DNA of 64,000 nucleotides from Bacilli bacterium (GTDB lineage Bacteria; Bacillota_I; Bacilli_A; RFN20; CAG-826): NCBI GenBank assembly GCA_045114745.1, contig JBGULD010000049.1, positions 22,860 to 86,859 of the forward strand, read 5' to 3'. Shown piece by piece: positions 39,032 to 47,013 of this stretch (position 1 is its first letter; each line of letters starts with the position of its first letter). The notes under the pieces were generated by a model. It saw only the letters and a program-made list of their open reading frames with translations, ran no database searches and was not told where the DNA came from. The position numbers and the translations under genes were made by a program.

Positions 39032-40882
39032 ATGTCGAACAAAAAAGAGGTCAAAAGAGTCGAGTTAAACAAGATCGAGAATCCAAATTTCTTGAAAGAT
39101 TTGTCTTATCAGGAATTGGATGTTTTAAGTAACGACATCCGTAATTATATTATCGATATGACCTCAGTCAATGGTGGTCACTTAGCCGCTAGCTTAGGTG
39201 CAGTGGAAGCCACAATTGCCTTATGCCGTCAATTTGATTTCAGCAAAGACAAGATTATTTTTGATGTTGGTCATCAATGCTATGCCTATAAAGTTTTGAC
39301 AGGCCGTTCTTTAGAACGATTAAGAAAATCTGATGGCATTTCTGGTTTCCCGAAGATGAGTGAATCTATATATGATCACTTTGAAACCGGTCATAGTTCC
39401 ACATCCATCAGCGCTGCTACAGGTATGGCGATGGCTCGTGATTTGAATAAAGAGAATTATGAAGTGGTGGCTTTCATCGGTGATGGCAGTATCGCTAATG
39501 GTTTAGCCATGGAAGGTTTGAACAACCTTTCCAACAGTGGTCATAAAGTGATTATCATTCTAAATGATAACGATATGTCAATTACCAAACCAGTTGGTGG
39601 CTTAGCAAGATCGTTTAGAAGCCTTTCTAACTCTATGCTTTATCGCCGTAGTAAGAATGGTTTCCAAAGAGTGATGAAGAAAACCAAATTCGGTCGCTGG
39701 AATCTCAAATGGATGGCAGCAGTCAAAAACTGGTTTAAACGTCACTTAATGGCAATCAATATTTTTGATAATATTGGTATTTCTTATGCCGGGCCAATCG
39801 ACGGGCATGATATCAAAGCGATGGAAAAAGCTATTGCTAAAGCAAAAGCATATAATAATTCATCCGTTATCCATATCAAAACCATTAAAGGCAAAGGCTA
39901 TAAATATGCGGAAAATGATGATTCCGGTATTTGGCATGGTGTTGGTAAATTTGACAAAGATAGTGGAAGAATCCTTGTTGATGATAGTACCGTTTCCTGG
40001 TCAGAAGTTTTTTCTGACGCACTTATAAGTGCGATGGGCGAGAACACCAACGCAGTTCTAGTTGTTCCTGCCACAGGAGTGGGTAGTTCCTTACAAACAG
40101 TTTTTGAATTATATCCCGATAGATGTGTTGATGTCGGCATTGCCGAAGAACACGCTTTGACTTTCTCAGGCGGTTTAGCGGTTTCTGGAAAGCATCCAAT
40201 CGTGACAATCTATTCCACATTCCTCCAAAGAGCGTTTGATGAATTGAGCCACGATGTGGCTAGAATGAATCTCAATGCCACATTGTTAATCGATCGTGCC
40301 GGTTTAGTGGGAGAAGACGGCAACACTCACCAAGGCATCTATGATGAGAGCTATCTTTTATCTGTTCCTAATACCGTTGTGGCGATGGCTTCTAGACAAA
40401 GTGAAGCTTATAGCTTACTTAAAGAATCATTCAACAATCATGGTGTCTTTGCAATTAGATATCCAAGATGCAGAATTGAACCATCAAGTCAAAAAGAAGA
40501 TGTCCCATTTGGTAAATGGAAAAAAGAACTTGATGGACATAAGAGTGCGATTGTTTCTGTTGGACCAATCACATTAGAACTCAAAAAACTTCTTTTAGAA
40601 GAGAAGAAAAATGTCGCTTTATATAACGCGATATATTTGAAACCGATGGATCAAGAAGTGATTGAAAAAGAACTTCTTAAATTTGATAGAGTCATCATTT
40701 ATGATGCTTATGGAATTGAAAACGGATTTCCATCTTATTTAACAAGTGAACTCGTTCGTCTTGGTTATCAAGGAAAGATTATTATTAAGTCTATTCCAGA
40801 TGTCTTCGTGGAACACGCAAGTCAAGAAGAACAACTTAATCAATTTGCGTTAAAACCTGAAGAAATCGTGAAATTATTATAA
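39032..40882 (+). CDS. dxs: 1-deoxy-D-xylulose-5-phosphate synthase
   Basis: GGHLA.SLG, GHSSTS.SAA.GMA, GDG....G...E..N, GEDG.TH.G. Confidence 0.95.
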   Translation: MSNKKEVKRVELNKIENPNFLKDLSYQELDVLSNDIRNYIIDMTSVNGGHLAASLGAVEATIALCRQFDFSKDKIIFDVGHQCYAYKVLTGRSLERLRKSDGISGFPKMSESIYDHFETGHSSTSISAATGMAMARDLNKENYEVVAFIGDGSIANGLAMEGLNNLSNSGHKVIIILNDNDMSITKPVGGLARSFRSLSNSMLYRRSKNGFQRVMKKTKFGRWNLKWMAAVKNWFKRHLMAINIFDNIGISYAGPIDGHDIKAMEKAIAKAKAYNNSSVIHIKTIKGKGYKYAENDDSGIWHGVGKFDKDSGRILVDDSTVSWSEVFSDALISAMGENTNAVLVVPATGVGSSLQTVFELYPDRCVDVGIAEEHALTFSGGLAVSGKHPIVTIYSTFLQRAFDELSHDVARMNLNATLLIDRAGLVGEDGNTHQGIYDESYLLSVPNTVVAMASRQSEAYSLLKESFNNHGVFAIRYPRCRIEPSSQKEDVPFGKWKKELDGHKSAIVSVGPITLELKKLLLEEKKNVALYNAIYLKPMDQEVIEKELLKFDRVIIYDAYGIENGFPSYLTSELVRLGYQGKIIIKSIPDVFVEHASQEEQLNQFALKPEEIVKLL

Positions 40883-40887
40883 TTTGG

Positions 40888-40917
40888 TTAACATAATCTA
40901 ATACTCCATTATATAAT
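40888..40917 (+). promoter_or_regulatory. Candidate dinB promoter
   Basis: TTAACA (40888-40893), 18-nt spacer, TATAAT (40912-40917). No Cheo/LexA box seen. Confidence 0.45.
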
Positions 40918-40923
40918 AATGAT

Positions 40924-42129
40924 ATGAGCAAAGTTATCGTTCATATCGATTTAAACGCGTTCTTCGCTAGATGTGAAGAAATAAAAGATCCCTCTTTAGA
41001 GAACAAACCTTTTGCGGTTGGTAGAGAAGGCAGAGGCGGGATTGTTTCTACATGTTCCTATGAAGCGAGAAAATATGGTGTCTCTAGTGGGATGCCGATG
41101 TTTAAAGCGAAAGAACTATGTCCTCGTTTAATCGTTAAACCAGTCGATTACCGCTATTACGGGGCGCTCTCAGACCAATTTCGTAAATTCTTAAGGCGAT
41201 ATACCAAATTACTTGAAATCGCCTCTATTGACGAGTGTTTCGGCGATTTTACAGAAACCATTAAAGGCGTCAAAGATGTGCCGGCCTTTTTTAGAAAGCT
41301 GCAACAAGACCTTTATAAAGAAACAAAATTAAAATGTTCTATCGGTGTCGCTGCGACAAAGTTTTTAGCGAAGATGGGTAGTGACTATAAAAAACCGATG
41401 GGCTTAACAATCATTAGAAAGAGTGATATTCCAAATATCTTATATCCGTTATCTATAGATAAAATGTTCGGAATTGGTAAGAAAACATATCCCAGACTCA
41501 AAGCCATTGGAATCAATACAATCGGTGATTTAGCCGCTGCAATTGAAAAGGATGATCCGAAAGTCAGAAAAGAATTTGGCAAATTCTATCAAACCATTAA
41601 AGACTGGATAAGTGGCAAAGGAAGCGATGACATTATCACTGAGCCCGATGATCCAAAATCAATCGGTAATTCCACAACATTGATGGAAGATACCTCAAAT
41701 CGAGAATTAATCGCCAGCACCTTTAGGTGGTTAGCTAATGAAGTATCAGAAAGAGCAATTAGAGAAAACAAATTAGGATACACGATCCAAATTGTTGCCA
41801 AAGAGAGCGAATTTGTTGATAACACATTTAAAGTCCATAACAAATCGATGACTTTTGATAATCCGACCAATAATGCGGAAACGATTTTTAACATCGCCAT
41901 GGACCTATATGATCGTAACTTCTCAAAACTATCAGTCAGACTTTTGGGAATTACCCTACAACACTTAGTAGACGTGAAAGAAGTTAAGATTCAAATGAGC
42001 CTCTTTGATTATGAAAAACATGAAGAGGAAAGTCGCACCAAATTATTGATTAATGACTTGAATCGAAAATTAAAGAAAAAAGCTTTGATGAGAGCTAGTG
42101 AGGTCAAGAAAAATGATGGAGATAAATGA
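40924..42129 (+). CDS. dinB: DNA polymerase IV (Y-family)
   Basis: IVHIDLNAFFA, SIDECF, GIGKKT. Confidence 0.9.
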   Translation: MSKVIVHIDLNAFFARCEEIKDPSLENKPFAVGREGRGGIVSTCSYEARKYGVSSGMPMFKAKELCPRLIVKPVDYRYYGALSDQFRKFLRRYTKLLEIASIDECFGDFTETIKGVKDVPAFFRKLQQDLYKETKLKCSIGVAATKFLAKMGSDYKKPMGLTIIRKSDIPNILYPLSIDKMFGIGKKTYPRLKAIGINTIGDLAAAIEKDDPKVRKEFGKFYQTIKDWISGKGSDDIITEPDDPKSIGNSTTLMEDTSNRELIASTFRWLANEVSERAIRENKLGYTIQIVAKESEFVDNTFKVHNKSMTFDNPTNNAETIFNIAMDLYDRNFSKLSVRLLGITLQHLVDVKEVKIQMSLFDYEKHEEESRTKLLINDLNRKLKKKALMRASEVKKNDGDK

Positions 42130-42997
42130 TGCTGTTGAACTATTTAGACAGCATCTATTAGTGGAAAAAGGTTTATCTAAGCAAACTGTTGATAGTTACA
42201 CAAACGATTTAAAACAGTTCTTTTTGATATTTAAAGATAGATATTATGTTGAAGACTTAATGCCTATGGATTTAGATGAATTCTTGGCACAAAGCTTAGC
42301 GCAAGGCAAATCTGCATCCACCGCAATTAGAAGGCTTTCATCAATGAGAAGTTTCATGGTCTTTCTGAAGAAAGAAGGATACTACAAAGAAGAGATTCCT
42401 GAGGTTGATCCACCGAAAAAACCAAACCGTCTTCCTAACTGCTTATCTTTAGAAGAAGTTGAAATGTTATTAGATGCTCCTGATATTGAGAAGCCTGAAG
42501 GCTTAAGAGATAGAGCCATGCTTGAAACTATGTACGCCTCTGGTTTACGCGTGAGCGAACTTCTTTTATTAGAAAGAGGACGCGTGAATCTAAAGAAGGC
42601 TGTCATTACTGTTTTTGGTAAAGGTAGCAAAGAAAGAAAAGTTCCTTTAGGAGATTTCGCCATCGAATATATCCAAAAATATATTGAAGAAGCGAGAAAC
42701 AAGAATCCAGGAAAAGATAGCAAATATCTATTTTTAAATAGATATGGAGAACCATTATCAAGACAATATTTCTTCAAACAAATCAAGAAATATGCTTTAG
42801 AAGCGGGAATTACAACATCCATCTCTCCACATACACTAAGACATTGCTTTGCCACACACCTTTTGGAAAACGGCGCTCAATTAAGAGCGGTACAAGAGAT
42901 GTTGGGCCACGCGAATATTGCGACAACGCAAATATATACTCATATATCAACCAAGCGTATTATCAGCGCTTATGATTTATACATGAAGAGAAAATAG
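42113..42997 (+). CDS. xerD: Tyrosine recombinase XerD/XerC type
   Basis: RD.AMLE..YASGLRVSEL, HTLRHCFATHLLENGA.LR.VQEMLGHANIATTQIYTH. Start at the ATG preceded by GAGG. Overlaps the dinB end. Confidence 0.85.
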   Translation: MMEINDAVELFRQHLLVEKGLSKQTVDSYTNDLKQFFLIFKDRYYVEDLMPMDLDEFLAQSLAQGKSASTAIRRLSSMRSFMVFLKKEGYYKEEIPEVDPPKKPNRLPNCLSLEEVEMLLDAPDIEKPEGLRDRAMLETMYASGLRVSELLLLERGRVNLKKAVITVFGKGSKERKVPLGDFAIEYIQKYIEEARNKNPGKDSKYLFLNRYGEPLSRQYFFKQIKKYALEAGITTSISPHTLRHCFATHLLENGAQLRAVQEMLGHANIATTQIYTHISTKRIISAYDLYMKRK

Positions 42998-43024
42998 ATA
43001 AAATTTTTATTTCTATGAAATAAC

Positions 43025-43047
43025 GAGTTGCTTCGGCAACTTTTTTA
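43025..43047 (+). terminator. Rho-independent terminator after xerD
   Basis: GTTGC-ttcg-GCAAC followed by TTTTTT. Confidence 0.7.
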
Positions 43048-43050
43048 AAT

Positions 43051-43108
43051 TTTTTTGAGACGAAAATCGCGATTTACCCCCTATTTATAATAATGAGAGG
43101 GCAAAAAT
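43051..43108 (+). promoter_or_regulatory. Conserved 5' module, copy 2
   Basis: 43051-43089 is 37/39 identical to 11129-11167. GAGAGGG SD at 43095-43101 and ATG at 43109. The block-to-ATG distance (19 nt) is the same as in copy 1. Confidence 0.6.
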
Positions 43109-43654
43109 ATGAACGAGTCAGAAAATCCGAAATTCAAAACCGAAAAAGTTGATCTAAATAGTTATGGAACCAAGCAGTCAATTAGACAAGAAGGAATGAG
43201 AACGCAACTCGAATGGATAAAGCGTCAATTGGAGTATGCATCTTTTTCTGAGAGGTTTTCTTTACGCTATAGTTTGAAACGCGGAGAGATTTATGAAATT
43301 GACTGGGGTCTCAATGTGAATGCGGAATTTTCCAATCGGCATTTCGGAGTGGTCCTTGCTGACTCGGATGAATTCAATCCGCTCGTGACAGTGTGCCCGC
43401 TCAAAAGCAATCACTCGGGAGCTCATGCCAAGAGCGATATAGACCTCGGATATATCAAAGAGTTGAATACAGGAAAGACAACAATTGCAGTGGTGAATCA
43501 GATCAGAACGATCGACAAGCTAAGACTCTATTTAAGACGTATTATTGGAGTCAGTGATTACGACAAAAATAATGAAGAAAATATATCGATAATTAGGTTA
43601 GAAAATGACAAATTAAATATGATCGTAGAGGCCTATAAAAAGTACATTTCGTAA
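43109..43654 (+). CDS. PemK/MazF-fold toxin-like protein with a roughly 55-aa N-terminal extension and a roughly 35-aa C-terminal extension
   Basis: KRGEIYEIDWG...VVL......LVTVCPLKS...AVVNQIRTIDKLRL aligns with the MazF/EndoA core (compare EQIRTIDKQRL). Locally elevated GC. No adjacent antitoxin ORF. Confidence 0.75.
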   Translation: MNESENPKFKTEKVDLNSYGTKQSIRQEGMRTQLEWIKRQLEYASFSERFSLRYSLKRGEIYEIDWGLNVNAEFSNRHFGVVLADSDEFNPLVTVCPLKSNHSGAHAKSDIDLGYIKELNTGKTTIAVVNQIRTIDKLRLYLRRIIGVSDYDKNNEENISIIRLENDKLNMIVEAYKKYIS

Positions 43655-43670
43655 AAAATGCGATGATAGT

Positions 43671-43740
43671 GGTTTTCCACATTAGTAGCAAATTAGTACA
43701 TTATTTAGTAGATTTTGTCTTTTTCGAGGTGTGGAAAACC
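43671..43740. repeat. Perfect 11-bp inverted repeat GGTTTTCCACA / TGTGGAAAACC with a 48-nt spacer
   Basis: Arms at 43671-43681 and 43730-43740. The spacer contains heptamer array (d). Confidence 0.7.
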
Positions 43741-43893
43741 GGGTATCTGATATGTGGGAAAACATAGCATCTGCATGGTATAACATAAAGAAAAATATGA
43801 TAAAATCTATCTTTTTTATAGTTTGGTTGACATAATGGCAATTATGCGAAGTTATGTATTTCGCGACATTTTACCCCTATCATTGGTGGAAAA
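43673..43893. repeat. Cluster of four DnaA-box-like 9-10-mers (local consensus TGTGGAAAAC)
   Basis: TTTTCCACA at 43673-43681. TGTGGAAAA at 43730-43738. TGTGGGAAAA at 43753-43762. GGTGGAAAA at 43885-43893. The first two are one mismatch from TTATCCACA. Confidence 0.5.
43681..43710 (-). repeat. Heptamer array (d), ATTAGTA orientation on the + strand
   Basis: ATTAGTA at 43681 and 43692, TTTAGTA at 43704 (spacing 11 and 12). Confidence 0.6.
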
Positions 43894-43917
43894 CTAAAAA
43901 GAGACCTTTCGGCCTCC
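43893..43917 (-). terminator. Rho-independent terminator of the yqeG-nadD operon
   Basis: On the minus strand, GAGGCC-gaaa-GGTCTC (one G-U pair) followed by TTTTT. Confidence 0.65.
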
Positions 43918-43939
43918 TTCATCAATTTGTTATTAGAAT

Positions 43940-45022
43940 CTACAAATATTTATCAAAGCATTTGCAGGTTAATGGATTATCTATGCATTTTCCCTTGCTT
44001 AATAGGAAATCTTTATTGGCTTGTAAGACTGTTTTGAAGCCTTTATCAACATCATTTTTCATGGCTTTAATCAAGTCGCTGGAATCGAATCCGCGGGTCG
44101 GTTCAATCTTATCTGCGGCGTAAATTATTTTGGCGGTTTGACTCATGTTGTCGCTGCCTGTTGAGTGAAATTCAATGGCGTTCAACATGTCTTCCTCAGT
44201 AACTCCAAACATTTTTTGGGCCAAGACGGCGCCCGCAAACTGATGATAAGCAAATGCTGGGCAGTCTGCATATTCTGGAAAGTTCTTTTTTGTGAGTTCT
44301 TTCTGTTTTTCTAACGGAATGTCCTTACCCAAATCATGTAAAAGACCAGCAAGATAGATTTTGAGTGGATCTTTTAAATTATTAGCCTTGGCGATTTCAT
44401 AAGCAGTCTTGGCGACGCTCTTAGAATGGGCAATACGGTGCTCGGTTTCTGTTTGATTGAGCTCCACCATTCCTTCATATAAATCATGTTCTACTATGTA
44501 GAACAATACTTCGTCTGGCAATTCGAGACTTCTTAAACCTCTAATTTCTGTTGATGAAACATCGATTACTTCGCCAGTAATCTCTTGCATGTGATATTTT
44601 TTAACATTTTCACTCTTTACTATGTAACCAGGACGAGAATAGAACACTATTTGTGCTAATTCAGCTAATTCTTCAGCATCTTTCCAACGATGGAATTCAT
44701 TAACTTGATCGTACCCGATTAAATAGTAGAGTTTGTCATTGGGATATTTCTCTTTAAAGTGTTTGACGGTATCGATGGAATAATTCGTGTCTTTTCCACT
44801 ATTAATCTCAAACAAATCCAAAGAGAGATTATCTTTATCCTTTAAGGCGAGTTCTAACATCGCGATTTTGTCGCTTATGGGCGCGGAAGAGGACTTCCAC
44901 ACTGAAATACGTGCCGGAAGGAAAATAACCTCTCCACGGAGCGTTTTTGCGACATTTAATGCCATATTAATATGTCCGTTATGGACGGGATCGAATGCCC
45001 CGCCAAAAAGAATCTTGTTCAT
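43940..45022 (-). CDS. nadD: Fused nicotinate-nucleotide adenylyltransferase NadD and HD-domain YqeK (Ap4A hydrolase family)
   Basis: N-terminal GGAFDPVHNGH. C-terminal HD domain with LLHDLGK. 360 aa in one frame. Confidence 0.85.
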   Translation of the reverse strand: MNKILFGGAFDPVHNGHINMALNVAKTLRGEVIFLPARISVWKSSSAPISDKIAMLELALKDKDNLSLDLFEINSGKDTNYSIDTVKHFKEKYPNDKLYYLIGYDQVNEFHRWKDAEELAELAQIVFYSRPGYIVKSENVKKYHMQEITGEVIDVSSTEIRGLRSLELPDEVLFYIVEHDLYEGMVELNQTETEHRIAHSKSVAKTAYEIAKANNLKDPLKIYLAGLLHDLGKDIPLEKQKELTKKNFPEYADCPAFAYHQFAGAVLAQKMFGVTEEDMLNAIEFHSTGSDNMSQTAKIIYAADKIEPTRGFDSSDLIKAMKNDVDKGFKTVLQANKDFLLSKGKCIDNPLTCKCFDKYL

Positions 45023-45316
45023 TTATTTCTTTAATTTGATTTTGTGATTGTCTTTGCTAAAGCGATATAAGACGATAACTCTTCCAACTACTTGCACGAC
45101 TTCAGCATTTAACCGACTAGATAAATCTAAAGCAAGCTCCATAATTGGAGATGTAACAGCTTTCATGACATCGATTTTAATTAATTCGCGTGCCGTTAAA
45201 GCTTTATCGAGCATGGCGATAACTGTATCACTGATTTCGTTTTTGCCAATCTGATACTTTGTATCTAATGTACTAGCAATTGCTTTTAATTGTCTTTTCT
45301 CATTAGAAGTTAACAT
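45023..45316 (-). CDS. yhbY: CRS1/YhbY-family RNA-binding protein (YqeI)
   Basis: 97 aa with LTSNEKRQLK......IGKNE. Synteny yqeH-yqeI-nadD. Confidence 0.85.
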   Translation of the reverse strand: MLTSNEKRQLKAIASTLDTKYQIGKNEISDTVIAMLDKALTARELIKIDVMKAVTSPIMELALDLSSRLNAEVVQVVGRVIVLYRFSKDNHKIKLKK

Positions 45317-45322
45317 TGTTAA

Positions 45323-46465
45323 TTATCTCAACTTTCCTAATGATTCCTTCAAAGCGGAGCCTTTTGGGAACATGACGCGGATAACTTGTCCTTTGGCGAC
45401 AAAGGAAATCCATCCTAAACCTTCAACGGAAATATCATGGACTTGTCCATCGTTTTCCATTGTGTATTCAAAGAAGTCATAATCTCTGAAGGATGTGATT
45501 CTTTCACTAACAGGTCTTAAGGAACGTTTTCTATTGTTTTCTTCAAAGAAGTCCCAGACTTTTTCCGCAGAGATCTTTTTAATTTCCACGCCTTCAGCAC
45601 AGTAGAATTTCACTGCAGTGGCTTTGCCAGAATATAATTCAAAATACGCTAATGAACCAGCGGCTAAAGCATCACCTTTGGTGAGGGTTCTATAATGGGT
45701 TTCAATCTTTCTTCTAGGAATGATGAGTTTTTGAACATCTTTTTCTACTTTACCGACAACTGATGTGGCAAGAGAGAATCCTGGAAGTTCATAAATGAAC
45801 GAGGAATTGGAAAGAGGAATACTCATAACTTTGACATTTGTGCCACGATAGTTTTCTGTTTTAATAGGCCACTTTGTCTTGTTGACATAGAATTTGAGCA
45901 TTCTATTAATTAATGAAGTCTTTCCAGAACTCTTAGTTCCGATTAAATAAATGTCATGAGCTTTTCTGGCAGCATTGAATTTATCCATCAAGCCTTCCAT
46001 ATCAACATCATCTTCGTTACCGAGGATGGTTACTGAATCCGCTCTAATGCCAGCTTCTTCAAAACGTTCGTAAACGAATCTCTCTAAAACTTCATCTTTG
46101 ATGAGATTTGAGAATAAATCTCTATGAGTACCGACGATCGCCACTTTGAGTTTCTTAATCTTCTTGGCGACATCTGGATTAATGGTGCCGTTAAAAGCGA
46201 ATAAATCAATAACCCAAATGATGTATGCATCTGTTGCGACCGCATCATCAAGAATCTTGGTTGTGGCTTTATCGATGTTTTGCTCTAATGCGCCTGCGTT
46301 AAGACCTTTCATGAAGTCAAAACACTTTTGACAATAAAGAACTTGGTTATCGCCTGTGTAATTAGCGAGTAATTCTTCAGGAATATAACCACTATCATTT
46401 TTCTTTTTACTTTGTAAAACTGTTCCACAGTTGTAACAACGTAACACTCTTCTAACTTTTCCCAT
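45323..46465 (-). CDS. yqeH: Ribosome-biogenesis GTPase YqeH
   Basis: N-terminal zinc ribbon CYNCG...CQKCF and a circularly permuted GTPase (GTKSSGKTSLIN). Confidence 0.9.
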   Translation of the reverse strand: MGKVRRVLRCYNCGTVLQSKKKNDSGYIPEELLANYTGDNQVLYCQKCFDFMKGLNAGALEQNIDKATTKILDDAVATDAYIIWVIDLFAFNGTINPDVAKKIKKLKVAIVGTHRDLFSNLIKDEVLERFVYERFEEAGIRADSVTILGNEDDVDMEGLMDKFNAARKAHDIYLIGTKSSGKTSLINRMLKFYVNKTKWPIKTENYRGTNVKVMSIPLSNSSFIYELPGFSLATSVVGKVEKDVQKLIIPRRKIETHYRTLTKGDALAAGSLAYFELYSGKATAVKFYCAEGVEIKKISAEKVWDFFEENNRKRSLRPVSERITSFRDYDFFEYTMENDGQVHDISVEGLGWISFVAKGQVIRVMFPKGSALKESLGKLR

Positions 46466-46985
46466 AAATCGTCCTCCAATTTATTAAATTGCCTCTTTTG
46501 GCATGGTACTTTCTAATTCTTCTTCCAAATATTCTATTGATATGTGTTGTCCATTGATCTTCTTTGACAATCTTATCTGTTAAGATAACTCTAAGACCAA
46601 CACGCTTCGCGGCAGCGACATCAGTAATCATTTGATCGCCCACAAACATCATCTCATCTTTGTTCCATCCGTGTTCTTTAATAAATTTATTAATTCTTCC
46701 GCCGAATGGTTTAGCTGCGCTATTGATGTACATGAGTCCCAAATCATTTGCGTATGTGCGTACACGTTTGCCACGATTATTTGAGACGATGACTGGTAAT
46801 ATACCAGCATCTTGTATCTTTTTTACTAATTCATAAGCCTTCTCTGTTGGGTGATATAAGCGATAACTATCTAACGTATTATCAAGATCCATTAACAAGA
46901 CTTTAACGTTTTGTTGAACGTAGAAATCGACTTCTATCTCATAGATAGACTTTGCAACAGCAAATGGTACATATTTATTTTTCAT
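46452..46985 (-). CDS. yqeG: YqeG-family HAD phosphatase
   Basis: MDLDNTLD, SNN, GDQ..TD. Confidence 0.85.
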   Translation of the reverse strand: MKNKYVPFAVAKSIYEIEVDFYVQQNVKVLLMDLDNTLDSYRLYHPTEKAYELVKKIQDAGILPVIVSNNRGKRVRTYANDLGLMYINSAAKPFGGRINKFIKEHGWNKDEMMFVGDQMITDVAAAKRVGLRVILTDKIVKEDQWTTHINRIFGRRIRKYHAKRGNLINWRTIYGKS

Positions 46986-47013
46986 AACTTCTACAACACA
47001 ATTGTAAATGAAA

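Noticed and set aside
11129-43089. The two 39-nt direct repeats read as the boundaries of a 32-kb mobile element or genomic island.
   Set aside because: The interior is core housekeeping (ribosomal proteins, obg, ruvAB, secDF, relA, aaRS genes, tkt, dxs) in Bacillus-like order, with no integrase at an end. The repeats are also positioned as 5' leaders, at the same distance from an ATG.
43681-43710. TACTAA-containing arrays read as Bacillus-type RTP replication terminators (Ter sites also contain ACTAAT/TACTAAAT).
   Set aside because: Ter half-sites as I recall them are spaced about 16 bp apart, not 11. Seven sites in 64 kb in both orientations is far too dense for fork traps. RTP is restricted to Bacillus relatives. 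The similarity is probably limited to the hexamer.
43752-43835. 27-aa ORF (MWENIASAWYNIKKNMIKSIFFIVWLT) downstream of the MazF-like gene as a candidate antitoxin.
   Set aside because: It has no SD, lies downstream rather than upstream of the toxin gene, and overlaps the repeat cluster and promoter-like sequence. It cannot be distinguished from chance.
43671-43893. DnaA-box-like cluster as the chromosomal oriC.
   Set aside because: No dnaA, dnaN or other origin-proximal genes are nearby, no obvious AT-rich unwinding 13-mers are adjacent, and the flanking genes converge on the region. At most it is a secondary DnaA-box cluster or a foreign relic.
43854-44123. 89-aa plus-strand ORF overlapping the 3' end of nadD/yqeK.
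   Set aside because: It is antisense to a well-supported gene, has no SD, and runs through the operon terminator hairpin. Any biological signal here is more likely RNA-level (see the finding at 43827-43917).
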